Shown in pieces: positions 38,304-47,791 of a stretch of 56,740 nucleotides of DNA. The notes under the pieces were generated by a model. It did no database searches. It was not told the DNA's origin and worked only from the letters and a program-made list of their open reading frames with translations. This DNA comes from Nitrososphaerales archaeon (GTDB lineage Archaea; Thermoproteota; Nitrososphaeria; Nitrososphaerales; UBA213): contig JBHICO010000003.1 in assembly GCA_046759645.1 (NCBI GenBank), forward strand, positions 1 through 56,740. Reading direction: 5' to 3'. Positions within the stretch are counted from its first letter, which is position 1. Each line of letters starts with the position of its first letter. Position numbers and translations under genes: made by a program.

Positions 38304-39021
38304 TATTATATCACCTCAAGCTAGGATCCATGTGACATTTAAGAGTCCCGACAATATCAAGAAAGCCTTATCGGCGTCAGAGACTCTTGAAATAGAAACT
38401 TCTGATATACAACTTTTACTTGACAAAAAGGGTCTCAATTCACTCTTATTTACAGAGCCATTTTCGAAGTTATGTTTTACCTGTAGTGCTGTGTCTGAAT
38501 TTCTGCGCCGTGGAACTGTCATATACATAGACCTTGATACTGTTTTTACCTCTTATGTAAGAAAAGGTATCTTCCCTATTTCGGCAGATGCCAAGGATTT
38601 GCTGATATATCTACCTGCTGCAAATGAATTTGAGGAAATGCTTGGGGACATCTGTTCAACGATAAACTCACGTATCGATCTAATTGTGATGGACTCGCTC
38701 AATTCGTTTTATCATCTATACGATGGAATAAGGATCGGTCCTTTGAACCACTTGCTAAGTTCGTATGTTTCACTTTTATTGAATCATAGCATTACATTTA
38801 GCAGCACGTTACTGGTTACTAGTATGATAAGGCACAAGAAAAGAAAAGAGTGGATTTTGGCGCCATCAAGTAAAAGACTGATTGAATCTAAAAGCAGTGT
38901 TGTGTTAATGGCAGATCTTTTGGGTGGCAACCTCACGATTAGTTTACTGAAGCATGGGCAGTTGCAGAATGGTTCAGCGAAATTATTGTTAAGAAAAGGC
39001 CAAATACCTATTGTACCTTGA
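38287..39021 (+). CDS. RadB/RecA/KaiC-fold paralogue with degenerate Walker A
   Basis: RadB-like order of elements: (P-loop position) TEPFSKLC, GTVIYIDLDTVF, Walker B-like DLIVMDSLNSFYHLY, LLVTSMI and LLKH. The start is uncertain. The TTG at 38287 overlaps the divergent gene by 17 nt, and the GTG at 38332 is an alternative. Confidence 0.45.
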   Translation: MISISIIISPQARIHVTFKSPDNIKKALSASETLEIETSDIQLLLDKKGLNSLLFTEPFSKLCFTCSAVSEFLRRGTVIYIDLDTVFTSYVRKGIFPISADAKDLLIYLPAANEFEEMLGDICSTINSRIDLIVMDSLNSFYHLYDGIRIGPLNHLLSSYVSLLLNHSITFSSTLLVTSMIRHKKRKEWILAPSSKRLIESKSSVVLMADLLGGNLTISLLKHGQLQNGSAKLLLRKGQIPIVP

Positions 39022-39337
39022 ATTGCAATATTAGAGAGCCTGCCAAAAGTGCAATTGCCATTATTGCAAAACCCGCTATGAATAGGGTCTTCTGTGTCTT
39101 TGCCGTCTGAGGTCTGGTTGATCTATGTATGAAGTAGAGACCTGCCAGACCGAAGAAGAATATCATTGTGCCTAGAACGGCCTCTGTCATCGTCTGAGTT
39201 GATCTCTCCGGGATTAGTAAGAACTGTTGCTGCGTGCTGCCTCCTTCGATAAGAGCATGAACGGAGCCGGATGCAAAGGCGAAGATCAGTATTAGGTAAA
39301 TTATGCTAGTGATAGAAACTATCCTGCTGAGCTGCAT
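39008..39337 (-). CDS. small membrane protein (3 TM)
   Basis: Three hydrophobic helices. No motif recognised. Confidence 0.5.
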   Translation of the reverse strand: MQLSRIVSITSIIYLILIFAFASGSVHALIEGGSTQQQFLLIPERSTQTMTEAVLGTMIFFFGLAGLYFIHRSTRPQTAKTQKTLFIAGFAIMAIALLAGSLILQFKVQ

Positions 39338-39661
39338 GCCACTAATTACTTGCGTCTATTAATATAATTTGATACTAGCTAGAGGTGCAAAACTATATCT
39401 TTCTGTTCTTAATCTTGATGTTAATCTAAGGCAGCTGCCAGCAATGATAAATTAATTGCTATAATATCATAATTCTCATAAATTATTTCAATATATCTAT
39501 TCTATGCGAGGGAAGGTCTTCCTTCTAGGTGCAGACATCTCTCTAATACTGCATTATAGGGATAATACTTTGCTTACTAAACTGGTCGTACGGTACCTAG
39601 AAGAATGAGTGATGACGCCAAGCATGAGGTGAAGATCTACATAGATTAACGAGTATGATTG

Positions 39662-39892
39662 ATGCGTTGTATGGTAAATTGCCAACTTTGTAATAGAAAA
39701 GTAGAGTCAAAAGGCTTTTGCAAATACCATCTGTTAGCGTTTAAAGTGCTGAAACAGAATTATGATGCTTGGTGTACCGCTTACGGCAAATTATCTTGGA
39801 AAGAATATCTGGAAAGGTTATCAAAAGGTAAACGAAGTGGTTTGTGGATTAGAGATGTAATAAAGTTAGAACTTGAAAATAGGAGAATTTGA
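39662..39892 (+). CDS. small Cys-rich (zinc-ribbon-like) protein
   Basis: MRCMVNCQLCNRK..GFCKYH N-terminus. ATG at 39662. Confidence 0.4.
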   Translation: MRCMVNCQLCNRKVESKGFCKYHLLAFKVLKQNYDAWCTAYGKLSWKEYLERLSKGKRSGLWIRDVIKLELENRRI

Positions 39893-39899
39893 TTTCATC

Positions 39900-41552
39900 T
39901 CAACCCATTCCACCCATTCCACTGGGTGGTCCGGCTGGTTCCTTTGAGCCTGAAGTCGCTATCACATGGTCTATACGCAATATCATACTCGCAGCCTCTG
40001 TTGCAGATTTTATTATCTGCTCCTTTACCACCAAAGGTTCCACGATATCGCTCTTATGCATGTTAGCAATCTTGGCGTTCCTCACATCTATGCCAGTCCA
40101 CTTGTCTCCCTTGCTTTGCTTGGCTCTCAATTCAGTTATCACATCAATTGGATCCATCCCTGCATTCTCTGCCAGCGTTAATGGAATCGTTTCCAGGGCT
40201 TCTGCAAACTTCTGAACTGCTAACTGTTCTCTGCCTGAAAGCTTGTTTGACCATCGGGTCAGCTCTGCTGCTACGTATGCTTCTGGTGCCCCTCCACCAA
40301 CCACAATTGCTGGTCTCTCTATTACGTCCTTCACCACCATCAGAGCATCATGAATAGAGCGTTCAGCTTCATCTACCACCCTCTGGGAACCACCTCTTAT
40401 GAGTATAGTAATAGATTTTGGATCCTTGCATCCCTCTACAAATACCCATTTATCTGTCTCTACTTTTCTTTCTTCTACAATATCGGCTGCTCCTAGATCC
40501 CCAGCTGTCAGATCTTCCAAGTTGGTTACTACTCTTGCCTTTGTTGCTTTGGATAACTTTACCATATCACTTTCCTTGACTCTCCTTACTGCCAGCATAC
40601 CTTCTTTCGCAAGATAGTGCTGGGCAATGTCATCAATTCCCTTCTGACAAATGGCGACGTTGGCGCCTGTTTGCGCAATCTGATCGACCATAGTCTTGAG
40701 CATCTTGTTTTCCTCGTCAAGAAACATCTTCATCTGTTCGGCACTTGAGATACTTATCTTTGCATCAAATTCTGTCTTTTCGATCTCAAGAGGTGAATTC
40801 AGCAGGGCGATCTTTGCCTTTGCTACGGACCTAGGCATTCCTCCATGAACAACCTCCTTATCAAGCACGATGCCTTTGATCATCTTTGTATCGCGTACAG
40901 ACCCCCCAGGTTTCTTTTCTACTTTTGCATCATCGATATCAACACGAAAAGTACCATCAACTTCCTCTGCAACCTGTAATATCGCAGTTGTGGCGATCTT
41001 CGCGAGATCTTCAGCTTCTCTTGATACGAGTTTTGTCTGCATGGCCGTATTTGCTATTTTGAGTAGCCATGATTTGTCTTTTGCATCTACCTTCTCCGCA
41101 AGTTTACCGATTATTTCTATTGCTTTTACAGAAGCCTTCCTATAGCCATCCACAATTATTGTTGGATGCACGTCCTTGTTGATCAATTCTTCAGCCTTTT
41201 CTATGAATGCGCCTGCAAGAACCACCGCTGATGTAGTACCATCACCAACTTCATTATCAACCGATTTGGCTATCTCTACCATCATCTTTGCCGCTGGATG
41301 TTGTACATCAATCTCCTTCAGTATAGTAGCACCATCATTGGTTATAGTAACATCACCCAAAGTATCGACAAGCATTTTGTCCATTCCCCGTGGGCCCAAA
41401 GATGTTCTAACAACTTGAGCAATAAGTTTAGAGGCCATTATGTTGTTTCTCTGTGCTTCCTTACCTTTGCTTTCGCTCGAGCCTTCCTTCAGGATAAGCA
41501 CGGGTACTCCAGTGCTTGTTGTAGCTTGTTGAACAGTTGCCACATATAACAC
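39900..41552 (-). CDS. ths: thermosome subunit (group II chaperonin)
   Basis: [27 protein letters not shown] and GGGAPE, with a C-terminal GMGGMG tail. 550 aa. Confidence 0.97.
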   Translation of the reverse strand: MLYVATVQQATTSTGVPVLILKEGSSESKGKEAQRNNIMASKLIAQVVRTSLGPRGMDKMLVDTLGDVTITNDGATILKEIDVQHPAAKMMVEIAKSVDNEVGDGTTSAVVLAGAFIEKAEELINKDVHPTIIVDGYRKASVKAIEIIGKLAEKVDAKDKSWLLKIANTAMQTKLVSREAEDLAKIATTAILQVAEEVDGTFRVDIDDAKVEKKPGGSVRDTKMIKGIVLDKEVVHGGMPRSVAKAKIALLNSPLEIEKTEFDAKISISSAEQMKMFLDEENKMLKTMVDQIAQTGANVAICQKGIDDIAQHYLAKEGMLAVRRVKESDMVKLSKATKARVVTNLEDLTAGDLGAADIVEERKVETDKWVFVEGCKDPKSITILIRGGSQRVVDEAERSIHDALMVVKDVIERPAIVVGGGAPEAYVAAELTRWSNKLSGREQLAVQKFAEALETIPLTLAENAGMDPIDVITELRAKQSKGDKWTGIDVRNAKIANMHKSDIVEPLVVKEQIIKSATEAASMILRIDHVIATSGSKEPAGPPSGMGGMG

Positions 41553-41652
41553 CTAAAATTTCTGGTCAGATACTGCCATGTTTAACGGATATTATAAACT
41601 TACTAATTTTCACTCATTTATCACATTTGACAGATATTTTAAATTAAGGCAT

Positions 41653-42990
41653 ATGATGAGGAGTTATGTGAGAGATGCAGAGAATTCTTACAATAAAGTC
41701 TTTGAACTTTTGAAGGAGCACCACGACTGGTTCAAACGTTGTATACCTCTCATCGCGAGCGAGAACGTGCCAAGTACCGCTGTCAGGGAGGCAATAATGA
41801 GTGACTTTGGGAATAGGTACGCGGAAGGTTGGCCTGGCGAAAGAGTGTATGCGGGCTGCGTGTACATCGACCAAGTTGAATTGATCTGTATGGATCTTGC
41901 AAAGCAGTTGTTTGATGCAGAGTTTGCTGATGTAAGACCAGTCTCAGGTGTCTGTGCAAATCTTGCGGTTTACTCTGCATTTTCAGAACCGCACGACATT
42001 ATGCTTTCCTTGGCAATTCCTAGTGGAGGACATATTTCACATGGCAAAAAAGAGAACGCTGGTACGGCAGGTTTCGTGAGAGGGTTGCTTATAGAGACTT
42101 TTGCATTTCATAAGGAAGAGATGAATATTGACGTCGATGGAACCAAAAAGAAGGTAGAACAGTTAATCAAGGAAGCTAAAAAACCCAGAATGGCTATGTT
42201 TGGAGGAAGTTTATTTCTCTTCCCACATCCTGTAAAGGAGCTTGCAGATTTTCTTAAAAGTAATGGTATCTTTGTCTGTTACGACGCTGCACATGTGGCT
42301 GGTTTGATAGCAGGAAAGCAGTTCCAAGAGCCACTAAGGGAAGGTGCCGAAATTATGACCTTGAGCACACATAAGACGCTTTTCGGTCCACAAGGAGGAA
42401 TGGTTCTTGGGTTTGAAAAGCACGCAGAAGCGGTAAAGAAAGCTACTTTTCCTGGAAATACGAGCAACCATCATTTGCACCATGTAGCAGGCAAGGCAGT
42501 TGCGCTTGCCGAGATGCTTCAGTTCGGAAGAGAATATGCTGAACAGGTGATAAAGAATGCAAAGATGCTTGCACAGTCTCTTCATGAAGCTGGTTTAGAT
42601 GTCTTGGCAGAGAAGTATGGCTTTACAGAGTCTCACCAGATCGCTGTTGATGTGAGCAAGTATGGAGACGGCGGTACAGTAGAACAAAGTTTAGAGAAAG
42701 CTGGTGTCATATGCAACAGGCAGTTATTACCCGGCGACATAAAGGCTGGAAGGCATTACATGCACCCTAGTGGTATAAGACTAGGTGCTTCGGAGATAAC
42801 TCGGTTAGGAATGAAGGAGAGTGATATGAAGGAGATAGCTACCTTCATCAAACGAGTGGTTATAGGAAGGGAGGAGCCAAGCAAGGTAAGTCATGATGTT
42901 GCCGACTATCGCAAAACTTTCCAGAAGGTACATTACGCGTTTGATAATAGTACTGGAGCCTACGAGTATATACAGGTGCTTAGGAAGTAA
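41653..42990 (+). CDS. glyA: serine hydroxymethyltransferase
   Basis: LIASENVPS, and the PLP-lysine motif TLSTHKTLFGPQGG. I set the start at the ATG at 41653; the track start at 41578 adds 25 non-conserved residues. Confidence 0.93.
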   Translation: MMRSYVRDAENSYNKVFELLKEHHDWFKRCIPLIASENVPSTAVREAIMSDFGNRYAEGWPGERVYAGCVYIDQVELICMDLAKQLFDAEFADVRPVSGVCANLAVYSAFSEPHDIMLSLAIPSGGHISHGKKENAGTAGFVRGLLIETFAFHKEEMNIDVDGTKKKVEQLIKEAKKPRMAMFGGSLFLFPHPVKELADFLKSNGIFVCYDAAHVAGLIAGKQFQEPLREGAEIMTLSTHKTLFGPQGGMVLGFEKHAEAVKKATFPGNTSNHHLHHVAGKAVALAEMLQFGREYAEQVIKNAKMLAQSLHEAGLDVLAEKYGFTESHQIAVDVSKYGDGGTVEQSLEKAGVICNRQLLPGDIKAGRHYMHPSGIRLGASEITRLGMKESDMKEIATFIKRVVIGREEPSKVSHDVADYRKTFQKVHYAFDNSTGAYEYIQVLRK

Positions 42991-43173
42991 TCAATCGCTG
43001 TAGTGTTCCAGTTTTATCTCATGTTTGATATAGCGCTTCACGCCGTCTCTATGTTTGTCTAAACATACGATCATAAGGTTCAGTAAGCAATCATCACAGA
43101 TGGGCTTGTTCCTGTAACTGATGCCCTTCCCCTTGTCAAAAGCAAATTGAAATCCGCATATAATGCAGCGCAT
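42991..43173 (-). CDS. small zinc-ribbon-like protein
   Basis: CIIC ... CDDC pairs. 60 aa. Confidence 0.4.
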   Translation of the reverse strand: MRCIICGFQFAFDKGKGISYRNKPICDDCLLNLMIVCLDKHRDGVKRYIKHEIKLEHYSD

Positions 43174-43259
43174 TGTAAGCCAGTCTTGTGCGGTAATGGT
43201 TGTTAATAAGAGTTAAAATGAATTATTAGCCGCGCTAGGGTTCGGTACTATACGTTAAG

Positions 43260-44012
43260 TTATCGAAATCTCTTCACAGAATTTATCGCATTTATTATAG
43301 CTCTCAATCGCTTCTCAGAACCCATCTTCTCAAATACAGTTCCTATGACCATTACATCTGCTCCTGCCTTGGCTATTTCTTTGGCAGTCCTTACATCGCG
43401 AATGCCCCCTCCAACTATTAGCAAGCCATTGAAGTTCTCCCTTACAGCACTCACCATTTCAGGCCTTACATAGGATGATGCACCTGATCCAGCCTCTAGG
43501 TATAACGATCGCATGCCCATGTACTGGGCGGCAAGAGCATACATAACAGCTAGTTTTGGTTTGTCAAAAGGTATACCTTTGGCTCTGCCTACAAACCAGA
43601 CAGAACTTCCTTCTCCTATTATGATGTATGCCATGGGTATGGCCTCGATCTTATGCTTCTTAACCGCAACGGCACCAAGCGCCTGCGCCTGCGTTATGAA
43701 GTAGGGATTTTCAGAGTTTAGCAAAGAACTGAAAAGTATGGCATCTGCTTTTGGGGAGATGCCTGTTACATTGCCGGGAAACAGTATAACTGGAATGTCA
43801 ACTGCTTTTTTTATGGTTGCGACAATTTCGTTCAACTCGATCTGATCTGTCGTAGATGAGCCTCCTACTAATATTGAAGAAGCCCCGGCGTTTTCTGCCT
43901 TCTTTGCCATATCAGCAGCTTTGTTGATTGGTACCGATTCGGAATCTATCAGGACAAAACAGATGGCATTTCTTTTCGCTTCCCTGCCGATCCTCTTCTC
44001 TATAGGACCCAT
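43260..44012 (-). CDS. geranylgeranylglyceryl phosphate synthase (PcrB/GGGPS family)
   Basis: TIM-barrel pattern with VGGSS, LEAGSGAS and VGGGIR phosphate-binding segments. 250 aa. Confidence 0.85.
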   Translation of the reverse strand: MGPIEKRIGREAKRNAICFVLIDSESVPINKAADMAKKAENAGASSILVGGSSTTDQIELNEIVATIKKAVDIPVILFPGNVTGISPKADAILFSSLLNSENPYFITQAQALGAVAVKKHKIEAIPMAYIIIGEGSSVWFVGRAKGIPFDKPKLAVMYALAAQYMGMRSLYLEAGSGASSYVRPEMVSAVRENFNGLLIVGGGIRDVRTAKEIAKAGADVMVIGTVFEKMGSEKRLRAIINAINSVKRFR

Positions 44013-44050
44013 TGCACAGATGGATTATGTTGGCAGATATTATCTTTATT

Positions 44051-44443
44051 ATGAGCGATAGCTATACAGATCTGGTAGACATTATGGGTGGTAATGAAGT
44101 TAAAATTAATGAAGTTCTGAGGTTCATAATTGAAAATTCTCTAATAACAGAGAGCCAATTAGAGATAATTTCTAAAAGGCGAAGGGGAGAGCGCGGAGCT
44201 AGGAATAGGAGTAGGGGTGCATATTACAGAGTCTTGGACCAGAGCAGGAGGAAGATCAGAGGTATCCTTTACAGCTTTGTCTTGATGGAATTGATAGGTT
44301 TGTTAGACGAAAATGGTAAGACTGTGCTTGAACGGCTTGCTAAGCAAGTAGCTGTGACACAAGGCAGTGATATTGATGAAGGAATAGCACGTGATGTGAT
44401 ACAAGTTATGGACGAAGTGGTAAGAAGATTAAGCAAAGTCTAA
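44051..44443 (+). CDS. hypothetical protein, possible DNA-binding
   Basis: Arg-rich segment RRRGERGARNRSRGAYYRVLDQSRRKIRG. The start was chosen at the ATG at 44051; 44027 is possible. Confidence 0.4.
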   Translation: MSDSYTDLVDIMGGNEVKINEVLRFIIENSLITESQLEIISKRRRGERGARNRSRGAYYRVLDQSRRKIRGILYSFVLMELIGLLDENGKTVLERLAKQVAVTQGSDIDEGIARDVIQVMDEVVRRLSKV

Positions 44444-44550
44444 TCGAGAGAAGAGAGGAAGAAGGATGATTGATGATTGATGGTGATAAGCAAATTATCA
44501 ATGATAGTTAGCCCTTATGGTGATATATCGCTACGGCAGTTGTGATTGTG

Positions 44551-45078
44551 ATGCCATTAGATATAGAGATTATACTGATGCTTGTGATAGCTTATGTTGT
44601 AGGGCTGATAAGTGTGATAGTCTTCAACAGATACAGGCCAACTACATCGCACGTTGCTCCAGATTACGAAAGTAGGTTTAGGGCCTATGAGGAGATGCTA
44701 GTAGATATGCGTATTAGGGTGGATACATTGGAGCTCCGAGCCACAGAAGGCGCGGCGTCACAAGTATCACATGCATCACAAGTATCACAAGAAAGCCATG
44801 ACCAGGCTATTAGTGACAAGCCAAAAACTGTCAGAAGAAGCTTCGAGCAGGAAGGTACGCAGTTAGTGGATTATGTGCTTAAACTACTAGCTGATGGTCC
44901 AAGGACCTCTAGGCAGATAGAATCTGTCATCGGTAGATCTAGGGAGCATACTGCAAGGCTCATGAAGAAGCTCTTTGACCTTGGCTATGTTACTAGAGAT
45001 ACAACGGCAAAGCCTTATGCATATGCTTTGACTGATACAGGTAAAAAGGTGCTATCGCAAGTCGCTAGTGTAACTTAG
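44551..45078 (+). CDS. membrane-anchored winged-helix protein
   Basis: N-terminal TM helix (IILMLVIAYVVGLISVIVF), the SQVSHASQVSQES low-complexity linker, and a C-terminal wHTH GPRTSRQIESVIGRSREHTARLMKKLFDLGYVTR. Confidence 0.6.
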   Translation: MPLDIEIILMLVIAYVVGLISVIVFNRYRPTTSHVAPDYESRFRAYEEMLVDMRIRVDTLELRATEGAASQVSHASQVSQESHDQAISDKPKTVRRSFEQEGTQLVDYVLKLLADGPRTSRQIESVIGRSREHTARLMKKLFDLGYVTRDTTAKPYAYALTDTGKKVLSQVASVT

Positions 45079-45458
45079 TGCTTTAGAGCTATCTTACGGT
45101 AGAACCATTCCTTGCGGCCGCGATTCCTGGCCAGTATACCCCTGTCTGCAAACCTAGCCAAATATGTAGAAATCACGCTTAGTTTGACGGGTTGGTTGTA
45201 CTCATCCTCATATGCCTCTAGGAGCGAGGAAGAGGTAAAGTCGCCAAAGTTGAACTTGTTCTCGACGAGGCTCCAGATCTTAGAGCCTACTGAATTAGAG
45301 TCAGGTTCGCCCTTCTCAGAGACCTGCTCCATGTCTAATAATTGCATGAGTTCAAAGACCTTGAGAATCTTTTCACGGGTTACATTGCCCTCTACGGAGA
45401 GCGCATACTTGCCACCCTCTCCATCATCCATTTCTATCCTAATTTTCTTTCGCGCCAA
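45075..45458 (-). CDS. small winged-helix-like protein adjacent to oriC
   Basis: C-terminal KLSVISTYLARFADRGILARNRGRKEWFY is wHTH-like. Its promoter must lie in the origin region. Confidence 0.5.
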   Translation of the reverse strand: MARKKIRIEMDDGEGGKYALSVEGNVTREKILKVFELMQLLDMEQVSEKGEPDSNSVGSKIWSLVENKFNFGDFTSSSLLEAYEDEYNQPVKLSVISTYLARFADRGILARNRGRKEWFYRKIALKH

Positions 45459-45579
45459 ATTGGCATCTAGATCATTAACAGGTTAACACTTAAGCTTTAT
45501 ACCGATGAAACTGTTAACATGGTTGATCGTTATTCTTGAGCTCCTATGAGACGGTGTAGGGCAGGTTAACAGGTTAACA

Positions 45580-45600
45580 TCCAGTGGAAATGGTGGTGTC
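45580..45600 (+). promoter_or_regulatory. origin recognition box ORB1
   Basis: TCCAGTGGAAATGGTGGTGTC. The core TCCAGTGGAAA matches the conserved archaeal ORB core bound by Orc1/Cdc6. Confidence 0.8.
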
Positions 45601-45623
45601 CCCAAATAGGCAAAAAGGCGGTT

Positions 45624-45644
45624 TCCAGTGGAAATGGTGGTGTC
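45624..45644 (+). promoter_or_regulatory. origin recognition box ORB2
   Basis: Identical 21-mer to ORB1, 44 bp downstream, in the same orientation. Confidence 0.8.
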
Positions 45645-45683
45645 TATCCATACCGTTAACGCTGTTAACAGCTATCTTAACAC

Positions 45684-45704
45684 TCCAGTCGAAATAAAGG
45701 GGTC
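45684..45704 (+). promoter_or_regulatory. origin recognition box ORB3 (degenerate)
   Basis: TCCAGTCGAAATAAAGGGGTC. It has one core mismatch but keeps the GGGG(T) 3' element of long ORBs. Confidence 0.65.
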
Positions 45705-45883
45705 AATTTCTTGCTATTCCGGGCTTTCCTTAACGGCTCCTTAACAGCCCGTTATTTCGGTGCGTGTGCGCCTTCCTATCTACTGATGAAATACTCGTAC
45801 ATACCTCTTTACAGACAGACACCAACCGATCCTGTCCAGCTAACATCTTCTACTTACTCTTACGAAAATATAAGCTCGTTAAC

Positions 45884-45936
45884 AATAATAATAATAATAA
45901 TTGATTTAGTTCATTAAAAAGAAAAAGTGTAAGTAA
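45884..45936. other. AT-rich candidate duplex-unwinding element including (AAT)6
   Basis: AATAATAATAATAATAAT TGATTTAGTTCATTAAAAAGAAAAAGTGTAAGTAAG. It has very few G/C and lies between the ORBs and orc1/cdc6. Confidence 0.5.
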
Positions 45937-45994
45937 GTTACAACGGTTAATGTTAATAGTTTGCAGGAGAAGATCAGGTGTGTGGGTGTATTAG

Positions 45995-47179
45995 TTGAGT
46001 GACGATGTACTAAATGATGTCTTTACAAAGGCCATCTCCGGGAAAGCCCTAATCAAGGACAGAAATGTGTTAAGAGCTGATTACATTCCAGAACGGCTGC
46101 TATTCAGGACTAAACAAATACAAGGTGTCGGTGAAGCGCTTTCTCCCCTGTTAAAAGGAGCAAGGGCGTCGAACCTTTTCCTGTATGGTAAACCTGGTAC
46201 GGGTAAAACAGCAGTCGTGACCCATGTTTTGAAGCACCTGCAAGACCGTGCTAGAGGGTTGAATGTGAAGGTGGGGCTAGCTTATGCGAACACGAAAAGC
46301 AATAGAGAATATACGGCTCTTGTGCAGTTAGGCTCTGCCATAGGTCTGAGGTTGCCTCCTACTGGCCTCGCATCAGGAGATCTTTTTTCTAAAATGCTAG
46401 CCTACATAAATGAACAGGCCATAAACACCGTATTCATTCTAGATGAAATAGACGAACTTGTGAAGAGGCACGGCGACAAGATACTGTATGAGATGACCAG
46501 AGCCAACTCACATTTAAAGAAGGGATCCTTGGGCTTGATTGGCATATCAAATGACCTTAACTTCAAGGAATTCCTAGATCCGAGGGTTTTGAGTAGTTTG
46601 AGCGAGGAGGAGATGGTCTTTCCGCCTTACAAAGTTGAAGAACTACGTGGAATCTTGAAGGAGAGAGCTAAAACTGGCTTCCATGAAAGTGTGCTAAAAG
46701 AAGCGGCAATAAATCTATGTGCCGCAATGGCAGGCTCCGAGCATGGTGATGCTAGGAGGGCTGTCGATTTACTTCGGGTTGCGGGTGATGTTGGGGAAAG
46801 GGAGGGTGCAGGCTTCGTTGATGAAAAACATGTTAGGATTGCTGCACAGAAGATTGAGCAGGATACTGCGAGTGAAGCATTACGCTCCTTGACATTGCAT
46901 GAAAAACTGATAGTGTATAGCGTTATGCTCTCCAATAAGGGGTCCACTGGCGATGTCTTTGATAACTACACTCGACTGTGCCAAAAGCTTGGCTTAGAAC
47001 CTGTTACCCAGAGACGCATTGGTATGATAATAAGCTCAATGGATACTTTGGGTCTAATCTCTGCTCCAGTAATCAGCCATGGAAGGTACGGCAGAACTAA
47101 GAAGATCTCCCTCGCAATTTCACCATTGATTGTCAAAAATGTCTTCAAGGAAGATGCCACTACAGGAACATTGCTCTGA
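45995..47179 (+). CDS. cdc6: Orc1/Cdc6 replication initiator
   Basis: LRADYIPERLLFR, Walker A GKPGTGKT, Walker B FILDEIDEL and a C-terminal winged helix. TTG start: an in-frame TAG lies immediately upstream, and there is no in-frame ATG before the conserved N-terminal motif. Confidence 0.95.
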   Translation: MSDDVLNDVFTKAISGKALIKDRNVLRADYIPERLLFRTKQIQGVGEALSPLLKGARASNLFLYGKPGTGKTAVVTHVLKHLQDRARGLNVKVGLAYANTKSNREYTALVQLGSAIGLRLPPTGLASGDLFSKMLAYINEQAINTVFILDEIDELVKRHGDKILYEMTRANSHLKKGSLGLIGISNDLNFKEFLDPRVLSSLSEEEMVFPPYKVEELRGILKERAKTGFHESVLKEAAINLCAAMAGSEHGDARRAVDLLRVAGDVGEREGAGFVDEKHVRIAAQKIEQDTASEALRSLTLHEKLIVYSVMLSNKGSTGDVFDNYTRLCQKLGLEPVTQRRIGMIISSMDTLGLISAPVISHGRYGRTKKISLAISPLIVKNVFKEDATTGTLL

Positions 47180-47217
47180 ACTGAAGCTAGAAATACAAAC
47201 CTAAACTATATGTTTTC

Positions 47218-47754
47218 ATGAGTAGGAGGAGGAGGCTCGCCTTTGTTGGGATCGCAGCTGCGGTCTTTGCTAGCATCTATTCTGTTGGGGCCTCTGTTGA
47301 CTTGAGGGAAGATGATGCAAGAGAACTCAAGGATGAGTTCATGAAACAGGTGGAGGACATAGATGCCATAGGAATCTTCCTCAATAATTTCCGTATAGCA
47401 GCTGCTATGTTCATTCCTGCCTTTGGCGTTGTAGTAGGAGTGATCTCCGCTTACTCTACCGGCATGGTCTTCAATGCCCTAGCACAGACTACACCGGAGT
47501 TAGCAGGTATCCACCCATTGGCAATACTTTCAACACCCTTCGGTCTAATGGAAATGTTTTCCTATGGCGTAGCAATGTCGCAGAGTGCTATTTTGATAAA
47601 TGTGATAGTGCGGAAGCAGAAAATTAAACCAATGCTTATACCTACCTTGATTCTATTAGGTATAGTTGCCGGGGTTCTTTTTGCAAGTGCATTCATAGAG
47701 TTCTATATGATAGAAGCGGTAACTCAACAAGTGGGACCGCTAGAAACGATATAG
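47218..47754 (+). CDS. SpoIIM/DUF95-like membrane protein
   Basis: FLNNFRIAAAMFIPAFGVVVGVISAYSTGMVFN pattern and 4-5 TM helices. Confidence 0.55.
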   Translation: MSRRRRLAFVGIAAAVFASIYSVGASVDLREDDARELKDEFMKQVEDIDAIGIFLNNFRIAAAMFIPAFGVVVGVISAYSTGMVFNALAQTTPELAGIHPLAILSTPFGLMEMFSYGVAMSQSAILINVIVRKQKIKPMLIPTLILLGIVAGVLFASAFIEFYMIEAVTQQVGPLETI

Positions 47755-47791
47755 CTAGGGTTTTTATCCAAGTCTTGTCAGTTTGGAATTG

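Larger units (their letters stand above)
45475..45957. repeat. array of GTTAAC / TTAAC(A) motifs in the origin region
   Basis: Perfect GTTAAC at 45482, 45513, 45565, 45573, 45655, 45664 and 45878. Variants TTAACA at 45475, CTTAAC at 45677, 45729 and 45740, and GTTAAT at 45946 and 45952. Most are arranged as close direct pairs. Confidence 0.8.

Noticed and set aside
39889-41549. Series of plus-strand ORFs (39889..40215, 40399..40617, 40870..41145, 41176..41418 and others)
   Set aside because: All are antisense to the thermosome gene. They have Ser/Leu/Thr-rich shadow-frame composition.
44465-44487. GATGATT GATGATT GATGGTGAT short tandem repeat upstream of 44551
   Set aside because: There are only two and a half short units, which is likely incidental.
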